Translations under genes and position numbers: made by a program
Shown: positions 49,928 to 63,177 of the stretch, in pieces
Position numbering within the stretch: position 1 is the stretch's first letter
Layout: each line of letters opens with the position of its first letter
The notes under the pieces: model-generated
Told to the model about the DNA's origin: nothing
Seen by the model: the letters and a program-made list of their open reading frames with translations, nothing else
Database searches by the model: none
DNA from: Octopus sinensis
Taxonomy: Eukaryota
Direction of reading: 5' to 3'
DNA: 64,000 nucleotides
NCBI RefSeq assembly: GCF_006345805.1
Contig: NC_042999.1
Coordinates: 166,780,001-166,844,000, forward strand

Positions 49928-50905
49928 CACACGGGGAAAGAAAAAAGGAAAATAATGACTGCGTTTAGAATACATCACCCAAAGTCTGATACAGAAATGT
50001 GGGAAGGGGAGTATGCAGCAAGAAAGCTACTATAAAATGTCGAATGAGGCTCTACAAAAGAAGTCTTTAGTAGAGAACGAAACAGAAAATTACTTTCCAT
50101 CATCAGGGAAGTCAATAAATATAAATCAAATGCCAGAGTAACAGACTTATATGAAGAAAAAGAATAAACGGAAATTGTGTAAAAGCTAAAATTTAAGCTA
50201 TAACTAGTGTTTCAGAATGCCATGATAAAGTGATGGTTAGAAAAGCCCCTACATGCCCAATATCAGACAACAAGAAAGAAACTAAATAGAGTGAATGTAC
50301 ACAAGGAAAAGTTGCAACATTAGTTGAGAAGCATTGGATACAAAACAGGCTGAAAAATACTTGACTGCGGCACAAGCCAAGCTTTTTCCAGCAGAAACCA
50401 CGAAAACATATAGCAGAATATAGTAAGTGCAGAATATGTGGAGATAGGGAAGAAAGCATTAGTCTTCTGACTCCCAGTCTTAGCCAAGAGAGAATGCATT
50501 ATATCCATAACTGGATATAATGCATAAGTTGGGACATACGTACACTTGAAGTTAAGCCAGCATCATGAAATACTAACAGAAAAGGGAGGCATCTGCTAAT
50601 ACACAGATATAAGGAGATCAAGGTAGATATTCTTAACAAGGATCACTGGGAAAATAAATGCTTCCTAATCAATGTATCAGTCCGAACAGATATGCCTTGA
50701 AAAGATAAAGCATTTATCAAAATATAAAGATCTGGAAATGAAGATAAATAACATATGGGGGTTAAAACAGAAATAATCGCTAAAATAGTAGCTGTTTTAG
50801 GAATGATATCAAAACATATGTATTTACTTACATAACAAAAACCTCAGGAGTTCCAAATATGTACAACATGCAGAAAATAGCACCTCTAGGCACTGCAGAT
50901 ATATT
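48600..50905 (+). mobile_element. R4/Dong-like LINE: RT, zinc knuckle and RLE, decayed, split by (CA)n at ~49750-49930
   Basis: LIP.TKET..NY..ITCLPT, DS..H.W, GD.LSP.LFCL, MNDL.L, M.FG.EKCA, YLG.LE, EKPLH.QY, KCRICG, LSKYKDLE and QKIA.LGTA motifs in order. Confidence 0.75.
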
Positions 50906-51394
<489 letters not shown>

Positions 51395-51514
51395 ATTATT
51401 TACTTTCAATACAGAACTGTGCTTGATATGCACCGAAAGCGTATCAATGGTAATTAACAACAACAACAACAACCGTAATAATCCTTTCTATAATAGGCCC
51501 AAGAAAACAATTTT

Positions 51515-51925
51515 GAGGGGAGGGACAAGTCGATTACATCGAACTCAGTTCTTATCTGGTATTTTATTTTGTCGACCTCGAAAGGATGAATGGCAAAGTC
51601 GCCATCGGAGGAATTTCAACGCAGAACTTAGTCAGAGGAAACGCCATTAAGCATTTTGTCTGCAACAGAAGCAATTCTGCGAAGCTCGCTGTTTTCAATA
51701 ATAATGATAATGATTTCTACTATAGGCACAAGGCCTGAAATTTTGAGGGAGGGGGAAAGCTGATTTGATCAACCCCAGTACCTGACTGTTACTTATTTTG
51801 TCGACGCAGAAAGGATGACAAACAGTCAACCTCGGCGGAATTTGAACTCTGAATGTAAAGACGGACGAAATGCCACTCAGCATAAGTGCTATGGCGTACT
51901 TACGATTTTGCCAGTTCACTGCCTT
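51515..51925 (-). mobile_element. Two diverged SINE family B-related copies
   Basis: GAAAGGATGA..AAAGTC..C.TCGG.GGAATTT..AC core on the + strand at ~51580 and ~51810. Confidence 0.65.
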
Positions 51926-52432
51926 AATGACAATGATAAAATGGTAACAATTTCTTGATTAATATTTAACGGATTAAAATGGATTGTTATTCAGTTTAGT
52001 TCAAGGAAATACGTCAATAATTAGACAAACATTAGGATATGATGCTGAAAGTTGTCCTGTAAATGTTTGAGGAGCATTGAGTGCTATAAATATTTTATAG
52101 TTAAATTAGAACGGTAGAAGTTTGAATCAAACAGCATAAGTACTTCGTTTTAAAATTCTATCATCGTTTGTTTCCCAAATTGTTTTTGCTATACTAAACG
52201 CTTTGTAAACAATATCATTAATGGTTATAGGTTTTGATGGACTAATTACTAATTCCCTACAGGTTCGACGAGGATTGACAAAGGAGTGTCTGTATTGCTT
52301 GAGCTGAATAAATTACGATTATTTTCCTATTTGCCACAGGGGTATAACATGAGGGGATCATTACGAGGACAGTTTATAATAAAAGTGGAAGGGAAGAAAG
52401 AGAGAGGAGGATAAAATGAGATAAAAGTATAC

Positions 52433-52829
52433 ATAGGCGCAGGAGTGGCTGTGTGGTAAGTAGCTTGCTAACCAACCACATGGTTCCGGGTTCAGTCCCA
52501 CTGCGTGGCATCTTGGGCAAGTGTCTTCTGCTATAGCCCCGGGCCGACCAATGCCTTGTGAGTGGATTTGGTAGACGGAAACTGAAAAGAAGCCTGTCGT
52601 ATATATATATAAGTGTGTGTTTGTGTGTCTGTGTTTGTCCCCTTAGCATTGCTTGACAACCGATGTTGGTGTGTTTACGTCCCCGTCACTTAGCGGTTCA
52701 GCAAAAGAGACCGATAGAATAAGTACTGGGCTTACAAAGAATAAGTCCCGGGGTCGATTTGCTCGACTAAAGGCGGTGCTCCAGCATGGCCGCAGTCAAA
52801 TGACTGAAACAAGTAAAAGAGTAAAGAGT
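52433..52829 (+). mobile_element. SINE family A
   Basis: Full-length match, inverted relative to 50906-51394. Confidence 0.9.
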
Positions 52830-53490
52830 ATGATATTTACATAGTATGCGAACACATCTATGATGCAGTATTCGAGATAGAGGAAAACCTCCAACTTGGG
52901 CCATTCAAGTAACTGCACAGATCCAAAATCACCCTGACCACCAAGGCCTAAGCTCCGACCAGTTCTACAGGTGCATTCTCCACTTTACAGGCGCATTCAT
53001 TCGAAACTTTTTGTCACAGTCACCCGCCTGGTGGGACTTTCGCGCCTGTAGAGTTTATCACAAACTTGTTGTGCCCCTCGGTAACACTGCTAGGCTAGAA
53101 ATTTTTAGAAGTTATTCATGGTAGTTTCCGGTCCTAAAGTCCAACGAAACAGATCAACTAGTTCATCCTCGTCAACGTCCAGAATTTTTCAGAGAACGTC
53201 GTGGCTCTAATCCGCCATTAAGTCTTTATATACTGCTAACGTAGAACTGCTACCGACCGCAATGGGACATTGGGTGACTGGTAGAGATGGGTGTCAGGCG
53301 CTCAATCTTGCTGTTTTCCTGACCTAGGATTGCAGTTTCTCCAAAGTTATTTCAAAGATATACTTTACATATGTTTCTTAAATGATCCTATGATATATTT
53401 CAAATTCAAGAAAGAAGTTATAGTAATTTCAAATTTACGAAAAGAAAAAATCAAACACTTCGGAGAAATATGTTGCTATCCCAGTGATAG

Positions 53491-53549
<59 letters not shown>

Positions 53550-53697
53550 AAAAGAAAGAAGAAAGCAAATGACCACTGATGAGGTCACAGAAGTGAGACG
53601 AAAGAACTCTGGTCGAAATGCAATTAATATGAAATAAAGCTGAAGCAAGTGCGTGTGTTTTCATTGGCTAAACTAGCAACATGACTATCCCCCAAAA

Positions 53698-53738
<41 letters not shown>

Positions 53739-55941
53739 CATATCATATCATATACACACAAGGTCAGCAATTTCGGTGGAGGGGGTAAGTCAACTACATC
53801 AACCCCAGTGCTATCGAGCTCGAAAGGGCGAGAGGAAAACTTGACTTCGACGGAATTTGAATCCAGAACATAAAGACGGACTAAATGCCGCTCCGCATTT
53901 TGCTCGGCATGCTATCGATTGGGAAAGCTCGCCTCAAGGAAAGAGAGGTTGAGAAGAAAAGGAATGTAAGCGAAAGATAAGCAAACCGTACAGGAAAAAC
54001 ATTCTGCAATTGTAATTACATCGCCTATAACAACACACATGATACTAATCACTTACCTATATTATAAGAAGATATTTTGATCAATTTGCAGCAAGTGGCA
54101 TCGAAGGAAATATAAATGTCATTGAGACGAGTACTTGATTGAATTTCGATTAACCGATGAACAAGTGCAGAATTTCCTATGGATTCTATGACTGATGGCG
54201 AGAAGGGAAAGAGTGATTCACTTCTTTAAAGTTGCACCAGTTAGAAGCAACGCAATTTGATCTAGTTATCATTATACTTGGTCCGAATGCTTGCAAATGA
54301 ACTCGCAGAAACAAGAGCTAGGTGGTGGTGTTAAATCAGACGACAGATTGTGCCTATCATCCCAGAAACCCAGAACACGTAGAGTGCATTCAACGAGATT
54401 CCACATTGTTTGTGTCTCCACAGTTTCACTCAACAAGAATTGAATTGATTTTTAGGTTATGGGAGAAGGTACGTTCCCAAGGTATCATGCGGTGAAATCG
54501 AACCAAGAACCATATGAGTGTGAAGCGAACTTGTTGATAACACAGCCATATTTGCGCCCATAAACTTTTTTGCTGATGTTTCCGTTGCACTAACAAACAC
54601 TGTAACCCTCGAACAAGTTACAATCTGGGACACAGGTTTATTAAAAAATTTAGAAGTATAATAACTACGTCGTGGGAGAGCCATTTCAGCCAATTAAAAT
54701 CAAACAAAAATGGTTATAGAAAAGTGAATACATTTAAAAAACTTTTTAAATGTTGACAATAACTCTTCCAATAACTCAGTGTGATCACTTTCTAAACTAC
54801 TAAAGTTCCGAAATTTATTAGTATATTTTTGTCAGTAACACACTGAACCAGTGTTAGTATAACTGGGGACGTTTTGATGGGATGGAGTTTAGAAGGATCA
54901 AAACTATAAGTCAAGAAGACGCAACTCGGTTATAAGGCATCGCTGTTTACAGTGGCAAGCTAGCTGTACTTCATAGTTGACCTTATCAATGAGTTGTTGA
55001 ACTGAACCAGTGAAAGATTAAACTTTCTTTTCCGAGATCAAAATATGATAATGACAACACTGCGAAAGTACTAAATATTTCTGATAACCACGCATTAAAA
55101 GTATCAGCCTTTTTAAAGTTGTGTCTTGTTTTGTCATCCATTTTGGTTTTATTAATGTGTATTTGTCTTCTGATTTAGAATAACATTTTTCTTCGATTCA
55201 GTGTTTTTTTCTTTTTTAACACTACTTTCTACTTTCTCTTACTTTCTCTCTGTAACATCTTATTTTATTTCGTTTTTATATTAAGTTCCAGCAGGCTAAC
55301 AACCTAATGAGTTGTGGGGCAGTCCTTTATTTCGATTACCATTTATTAATTTAAATATTAAATAGTTCCGAATATTGTAGAGTATCTTTTCTATGGAGAT
55401 ATCCACGTGATAATGTTTGACAATAGATGAACAGATGGACTTTTCAAAAGAATCACTGGCAATAGTTAATCAGTGTTCTTCATCAATAATGCAGGCCACC
55501 TATCTTGGTGAGCATAAATTATTGATTAATTTGTGAGACACAGCAACTCGGCTGCTTGCTGTGTTTCTATAAACTTCTGGTGTTCCTCCCTCACCCAACA
55601 TAGTCGCTTGGAAATAGCGTCAGTAGCTTTAAGAGACGACTGCTCACTTCACAGGAATTACAAATGTCACATGTTGGAGACACTTCTATTGGCTGCTATT
55701 GTGAAGAGAAATATTTTCTTTTTTGAATAGTCTGTAGAATGCAAAACTAGCAACTTGACAGCAGATATTTCCCGGCATTCAGTAATTTTTAAAGCATTCT
55801 TTCAAGAAAAATATTCACTCCCTCCCCACTCATACGACGTGGTGGAGCTCAACACTATAAATAAATAACTTAACAACCAAATAAACAAACAAACATTTTG
55901 AATGAGAATTTGAAAAGCAAAGATTTTGTCTCAGAAGTTAG

Positions 55942-55991
<50 letters not shown>

Positions 55992-56003
55992 GTGTGTGTG
56001 TGT

Positions 56004-56052
<49 letters not shown>

Positions 56053-56344
56053 TGAAGACAAGTTATAGGCTAATTTCTTTTGTATGTTTTCCTTTTTGTT
56101 TAATAGAATTACCATTCACGAAAATGTCTTAGAAAAATTCCCCCTTTCTACTTAAACTGTGATATGCAGAGAGTGTATTTCAGTCTTGTGACTCGAAGAG
56201 TTCAAATAATTGTTTATAAACCTAAAATCTGATTTCACAACGGTAAAGTACATTTATCTACTTCATGCATTGAATGTTGTAGTGTCATAAATGAGAGTCG
56301 ATTACTGGATACCTCGTGATCAGTGTCGTTCATTAGTGGGAGGG

Positions 56345-56758
56345 GCTCAGAAGATGGTGAGTTGGCGGAATCGTTAGCATTTCAGGAAAAATGCTCTTAC
56401 AGAATTTCTTCTGGCTTCTTACGTTCTATGTTCAAATTCTGCTAACGTTATCTTTGACGTTCATTATTTCAGGGTCGATAAAATAAAGTACCAATCTAGT
56501 GGTATCGAGTATCGAGTAACATCTCTCCTAAAAACTGCCAGCCTTTTTGCCTAAATTAGAAACCATTAATTCTTTTTACAATAGGCACAAGGGTGGAACT
56601 TTGAATGAAGGGGTTGGTCAATGACATCGACCCCAGTCGATGAAAGGAAGAAAGGTAAATTCGACCTCGTGGAATTTGAACTCAGAACTTAATGTTGGAA
56701 GAAATGCCACTTAGCATTTTGTCTGGTAGGTTTCCGATTCTGCTAGCTCGCTGCCTTA
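56345..56758. mobile_element. Tail-to-tail pair of diverged family B-related SINEs
   Basis: + copy 56345-56570 and - copy 56582-56758. Confidence 0.6.
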
Positions 56759-57295
56759 TTTCTTAAAATGATACTTGTCCAAGGTGTCTACAACGCGAAT
56801 CGATTCTTGAAACCATTAATTAAAACGATGGGATCAGACCTGTTAATTTCCGGAGAGACATTATTGACGGGAAATAGGCATAGCCGGGGGGAAAAATCCA
56901 GCTTCCATTTTGAACTCACTGGAATCTTCCCCCTTTTATGTCATTACCCACCACAAATTCAAAATTACATCTTTCATTGAAAAAGCCTTTTATTAAACCA
57001 TAGGGATCAAAAACAGCAGTTTGAGGTTTGCTCTGGATATAAACTGAACATGTCTGATGCTTTTCTTTAATGACAAAGACAGCGAGAGACAAACAAAATG
57101 AGAGACTGAGGTCTTGTGTGCTCGCACGTGCGTGTGTTGTGTAGAAAAATAAAGTCCACCGATCGTCCAGTTCCTCAGTGGCTTTTAAAATCGGTCGTTT
57201 AGCAATTTTAATACTTCATTGACGTAGGAAGTTGTTTTCAACCGAATATTTTTCGTTCGTTTGATTATCTCGATGGATCAGGCGCTTGATTTTTT

Positions 57296-57341
57296 ACATT
57301 GTCGCTAAATATAGATAACATTCTACATTTAGCGACAATGT
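57296..57341. other. 46-nt hairpin in non-repetitive intron DNA
   Basis: ACATTGTCGCTAAAT-A-TAGA-TAACAT-TCTA-C-ATTTAGCGACAATGT. Confidence 0.85.
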
Positions 57342-57890
57342 TCCCACTGCTGCTGCTGCTGCTGCTGCTGTCAGTCATGATTAAAGTCAAAGATATTCCA
57401 ACTGTGAACTTGTCATCGTCTTTCTTTCTAAGACACGTTATTATTTCAGCGAGATTTAGCTGCTACTTCTAGCAGGTAAACAATCCACGTAAAAGCCTAC
57501 TCGCTGGGTTTTCTTGATCAAAAAACATCATCAAAATATAGGTTTTTGTTTAAAAGCAGCAATAATGCAGAACATTTGAATTAAAAACGTTTTAAACAGA
57601 ATAGAGAGCGTCATTCCTAAAGCCACAAGCTCATTCAGTTGCCATTGACACCCCTCCTCACCACAGACGAACTTTCTTTCACATCCATTCAGATTCGGTT
57701 AGACGACTCCCAAAATCGATTCAATCGACAATACCTCACTTCCGACTTGATCCAATATATGAAATCAGTGGTAGCGATCGAACTTCGTATTGAGATAAGT
57801 GCAGAGTGACTCTTGCATTGAAGTTCGTCCTGCAACTTCTTGATATCCTGTTTGACAAATGTTTTCAACTATAGCCTTCATATATATTGA

Positions 57891-58110
57891 AGGCGGCGAG
57901 TTGGCACGCCGGGCGAAATGCGTAGCCGTATTTCGTCTGTCGTTACGTTCCGAGTTCAAATTCCACCGAGGTCGACTTTGCCTTTCATCCTTTCGGGGTC
58001 GATAAATTAAGTACCAGTTACGCACTGGGGTCGATGTAATCGACTTAATCCCTTTGTCTGTCCTTGTTTGTCTCCTCTGTGTTTAGCCCCTTGAGGGTAG
58101 TAAAGAAATA
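57891..58110 (+). mobile_element. SINE family B
   Basis: Match with a short deletion in the head. Confidence 0.85.
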
Positions 58111-58129
58111 TATATATATATAGATCAGA

Positions 58130-58507
58130 ATCGAAATCGATCAATGGAAATTGCAGATGTGTTACCAGTGCCGGTGGCATGTAAGAGAACCTTCCGTTTC
58201 GCGACCGTTGCCAGCACCGCCCTGTTTCGTGTCCGTTGCCAGCCTCGCCTGGCCCTCGTGCCGGTGGCACATAAAAAGCACCATCCATTCGTGGCCATTT
58301 GCCAGCTCTGTCTGGCACCTGTGCGGGTGGCACGTAAAAAGCACCCACTACACTCACGGAGTGGTTGGCGTTAGGAAGGGCATCCAGCCGTAGAAACACT
58401 GCCAGATTTGACTGGGCCTGATAAAGCCTTCTGGCTTCACAGACCCCAGTAGAACCGTCCAACCCATGCTAGCATGGAAAACGGACGCTAAACGAGGATG
58501 ATGATGA

Positions 58508-58510
<3 letters not shown>
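58130..58510 (+). mobile_element. SINE/LINE 3' segment with (GAT)n tail
   Basis: GAGTGGTTGGCGTTAGGAAGGGCATCCAGCCGTAGAAAC block and CCCATGCTAGCATGGAAAACGGACG end followed by (GAT)n; recalled as a cephalopod Ceph/RTE-tail-type repeat. Confidence 0.6.
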
Positions 58511-58544
<34 letters not shown>

Positions 58545-58725
58545 TTATGAGAGGTAATGGTGTCAATAAGACCCAAAAGTGTCAGGTAATACTGAGTAAG
58601 TGCTATGGATAGACTATAGTTAAGCTCCAGGTTCGGTGATTATGCGAACGAGGAGTCCAACGTCGGTCATATATCAGCATGCGTATATATATATATATAT
58701 GAAGGCACATGTAACCATGATTCTA

Positions 58726-60001
58726 TGTATCCATGACTGCATGCCTGCATATGTGCACGCGTGTGTGTTTGTATGTGTCTTTCTCTACGTCAGTGTTTGT
58801 GTTGATATTGTCGCAAAAGATTGTTGTCTGCGTTTATGTCTCGTAACCTATAGCTGCTACAATAAGTGATCGCTAAAATATATACCAAACTTTAAAAATA
58901 AGTACAGGGTTGATGTGATTGGCTAAAACCCCTTCTAGGTGTTGCTCTACCATGACCTTACGGGTTCTGCTTGGTTATTACAAGAACAGAATGACTCGCA
59001 TCAAAGTAGCATTAATTCTCTAGATCGTTCAATTTTTCTCAGCCTATCAATGGTCAGATTAAGTTAACTACTTGAAACAGCTGTAAGTCAAGCCAAATTT
59101 CCTGCAATAAATAAAATGTGTATTGATTATTATTTATTCCTTGTCTTACGAGGTCTGATCAATAAGTATCCGGACTATTGCCATAGTAACGAAGCTAATG
59201 CACGCAGAGTGAAGCTGCTTGGCACAAATCCACCTTAAAGTCTGCTATGCATGCGCACTAAGTTTCAACGTTTTAGCCCGCTTCTGCTGTTTACAGCAGT
59301 ATTTGGAAGGAACGTGTGTAGCGTGTGATAGTTGCATTGACTACGACAAAGAAAGTTGTCATGACGATACCTGCTCAGAGTCCTACGCAAGGTTGCAGAA
59401 AGTGTATGATCCGCACATAAGTGTACGAGTAGTTCAGACGCTTCCAAGATGGCCGAAAAAATGTCGATATTAGCTAACGTTCTGGGAGACCCGCGACTAG
59501 CAGAACTGAGCAAAACATCGCAGATGTACATGTATCTATGAGGGGAAATCGTCGAACCACCATCCGTGAGTTATCAGAGGATGTGCAGATTAGCTACGGT
59601 TCAGTTCAGTCCATTATCACTGAAGATTTGGGTATGAGACGCGTGTCTGCCAAGTTCCAAAACTGCTTCCAGCTGACCAAAAAGACACTTCTTGATTGTG
59701 TCGAGAACGATGAAAACTTTTTGAACACTTTGCCTAGGCCTCTGAGCAAGTATGGCCAAGCTTTTGGCAAAATTTGATGCAGATTCTCTACTCAACTTTC
59801 TCTGTCATGGTCAGTGCGACGATCACACGCTACACACCTTCCTTCCAAGCACTAATATAAACAACGGAAGTGAGCTAGAAAGTTAAAACTTAGTGCGCAT
59901 GCACAGTAGTGTTCAAGGTCAATCTGAGCCAAGCGGTTTCACTCACCGTGCTTTAGCTTCGGTACTAAAGCAACAGTCCAGATATTTATTGATCAGACCA
60001 C

Positions 60002-60066
<65 letters not shown>

Positions 60067-60336
60067 ACACCTATATATATATATATATGCATACATACGC
60101 ATCCCCCCCACACATATAGTAAGAAAAGGGAGGAAGAGAATTTCGATTATCCCCACGTGGTGAGTTGTAATGCAATATATATATATATATAGCAATCACT
60201 TGTAGCAGCTATAGGTTACGAGACATAAACGCAGACAACAATCTTTTGCGACAATATCAACACAAACACTGACGTAGAGAAAGACACATACAAACACACA
60301 CGCGTGCACATATGCAGACATGCAGTTATGGATACA
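58726..60336. repeat. Inverted repeat pair 58726-58873 / 60191-60336 enclosing a decayed hammerhead segment and a mariner
   Basis: ~146-bp near-identical reverse complements. GACT..AAGTAG/CTACTT-GAAAC-AGCT-GTA-AGTC with a broken core lies at ~58995-59090. Confidence 0.75.
59147..60004. mobile_element. Non-autonomous mariner derivative with TA TSDs
   Basis: TIRs TACGAGGTCTGATCAATAAGTATCCGGAC / GTCCAGATATTTATTGATCAGACCACGTA. ORF 59538-59777 encodes a mariner HTH (NRRTTIRELSEDVQISYGSVQSIITEDLGMRRVSAKF). No catalytic domain is present. Confidence 0.88.
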
Positions 60337-61421
60337 GTTTACATTACGTAAATATATTTTAAAATATACTTTATAAGTGAAAGAGTAGTGTGTTTGTCGA
60401 CCGGTTTCGCTTTCGCTAATAATGACATTGAAAATACATTTTCGTATTTTCTTATTTTCTTAAGAAAATTTTAGTCAATGTTCTTGGAAGGAAGTTTGTG
60501 AGTGAATCAACATACAACGTATGTATATATGCACTAAGATATTGTTAGTAATCACAATCAGAAAGTGTTTTAAGCATATAAGACAAATATTTTCTGACTT
60601 ACTCTACCTGAAAAGGATTCATAAAGTACATGAATATTCTTGAACTTCCCTGAAATTGCAACGATAGTTCCCATATTAAACATAATTTTGATGTTTTAAT
60701 TGTGCTTCAAAAGTTTATATGTTTCAAACGATTAAATCTTTTCAGTTATATGTATTTATATAGACAGTGGACAATTTAGACACCGTAAAATTTAATATCC
60801 CCTTATTGAAAAGTTACACTGGAATGCTCCACAAAATTTGATGAAAAATTTTTTATTTCATCTGCTAATATGCCAGATGTCTGATAATGTGATAGGTGAT
60901 TTCAGATTCCATAACGCCCCAGTTAAAAATAAATTACCATGCTGTTGAAACATATATAGCATGTATTGTACTGTTATTGTCCATTCATATTATATATATA
61001 AACCTTTGCAGCATTTTGTTACCCATAAGGGCCCATAATCTAGCTTCTCCAGCTTATGAATAAATCCAGCACTTAATGAAGAGATCCTCAAACTGTATGA
61101 ACGTAGATAAACAGCAAAATATGACTCACAAACTATATAGCAATGAATAAAAGAATACGAACAAGCAGAAAAAAAGCTTGCCTCGCACGGGAAAAACAAA
61201 AACAAAGAAACCCCCCCCCCCGACCAAAACAAAATAAAGCAAATTGTCACATATAACTTTTAAGTATTGCAACTGGTTAAATATATTACTTAATAACAGA
61301 ATCTCAACTTACAATGAATGGTTTTAAAATTTCAATTTCGTGTTCTTTTCTCCATGCTTCTGAAGCCTAAAGATTATACTGCCTGTAGCGCTATTTATAT
61401 TTTTATTTTCAATATTTGTAG

Positions 61422-61531
61422 ATATATTAAATGATGCAGTTTTTGATGAAGATCATGATGAGATGGTTATTGTTAAAGATATAGAAATGTTCTCCCTCTG
61501 TGAACATCATTTGGTACCTTTTATGGGAAAA
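61422..61531 (+). CDS. GCH1: GTP cyclohydrolase I, second coding exon (110 nt)
   Basis: (D)[36 protein letters not shown], including the Zn-binding CEHH motif; flanked by TTGTAG and GTAAGT. Not in the ORF track. Confidence 0.97.
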
Positions 61532-61624
61532 GTAAGTAAAAACTTCCATCTTAAAACAAATTCGTGTATGCTTGTTTGTAAAAAATAAATGTTTCGTTCT
61601 CGAGCTATGCCAAGATCATAATGA

Positions 61625-61800
61625 CCGGTCTCCAGGTTTCCATGGCGTACATATTCCCCCAGATGGACGGGAAGCCGATTAGTCGGAGAATTACTCATTT
61701 TTGCCAGCTGAGTGGACTGGAGCAACGTGACATGAAGTGTTTTGCTCAAAAATACAACGCATTGCTCGGTTCAGGAATCGAAACCACAATTTTACGATTT
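61625..61800 (-). mobile_element. SINE family C-related partial copy
   Basis: CAGCTGAGTGGACTGGAGCAACGTGA.ATGAAGTGTTTTGCTCAA matches 9921-9966. Confidence 0.7.
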
Positions 61801-61863
61801 TGAATGTATAATGTTTATATATATATATATAATATATATATATATAATATATATATATATATA

Positions 61864-61903
<40 letters not shown>

Positions 61904-62439
61904 AATTGAGATAGGGGTTGTAAATGCAACCCTCCATGGGATAACATATATCCAAAATACTGCTAGTGAAGTACCCAACAAAGTTAATACATAAATGTTA
62001 AGGATTGCGATGCAATCAATTCATTTACTGTATTATATGGGCAAAGGTAAAATGATTTACCACAAATTACTAATACAAGATAAGAAAATGGAGAAATACA
62101 TCTAAATCAATATCAATTACCAGATAATACTCAATCACATACTTTATTAAACCACCACATAAGAGACTGTAGGATTAAATATAAAAGCAGAACAAATCAG
62201 TGTACATAAAGGAATGTACATAAAAAAGTGTACATAAAAGAGTAATGTTGTATAATAAGTAGAATATATATAAAAGAGAATATAAATATAAGTAAATATA
62301 AATATAAGTATAGGTTACATCTTACAGCTGTTTCGGCCATGTAGATAAGTATGTCTCATTTTACCAATATTAGCCCTTTATGGTTGGTCAATATATAGAT
62401 ATAAATGAAACATTTACAAAAATATCATAAGGCCTCTTA

Positions 62440-62757
62440 TATCTCTCCCGCCTTCGCTCCAGGGAGAAGAATTTTAATACTTTCAGTCTTTCCCAGTAGC
62501 TGATATGTTGCATTGAGATGATCTTCTTAGTGTAGATTCTTTGAATTGCTTCGAGTTCTGCTGTTAGCTTTATATTGTGTGGTGACCATAGTTTGGAGCA
62601 GTAGTCCAAGCGGCTGAGGACGAATGTCCTCCAAAGGACCGTCAGTGTCTCCTTCTCTCTTGTTCAGAAAGCTCGGAGAATCCATCCAGCTAGGCGTCTG
62701 CATTTTATTACCAAATTGGCAATATTCACTTGGAAAGATGCATCATTGTTCATGTCA
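62440..62757 (-). mobile_element. CR1-type LINE fragment near-identical to 40757-41075
   Basis: LDYCSKLWSPHNIKLTAELEAIQR..SLERRRER; shares an in-frame TGA with the other copy. Confidence 0.9.
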
Positions 62758-63100
62758 ATATATATACGAGTATATATATATATATATATATTATATATGA
62801 GTATATATATATGTTCATTTATTTGTTTCAGTCATTTGACTTGGGCCATGCTGGAGCACAGCCTTTAGTCGAACAAATCGAACCCAGATCTTATTCTTTA
62901 TTAACCTAATATTTATTCTATCGGTACACATCAAAGAGAACATGCAGACAGTTCTGTCCATTGTATTTGGGGGTATATTTCAAATGCCTTCGTTTTGGTG
63001 CGCCAAAGCTGGATGTGACTCTGCAGAAAATAATTTTCTGCATCAAAGCCCGCCGGTTAGAGAACATGGTATTTAAATTTAAATAATAAGGGTCATCCCT

Positions 63101-63168
<68 letters not shown>

Positions 63169-63177
63169 ATATATATG

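Noticed and set aside
52860-53330. GC-richer segment that may be an L1/Tx1-type endonuclease relic on the - strand
   Set aside because: I could not read a convincing motif by eye; it needs a translated profile search.
57338-57472. 44-aa ORF with signal-peptide-like poly-Leu (MFPLLLLLLLLSV) near a CAG|GTAAAC donor
   Set aside because: The Leu run is a (CTG)n repeat, the frame stops before the donor, and the end lies in a dispersed repeat fragment.
61636-61700. AG|VSMAY.. resembling the start of GCH1 exon 3 (VHIGY/VSIGY)
   Set aside because: It does not continue to LP..VLGLSKLAR and lies within a SINE family C tail; exon 3 is probably beyond the window.
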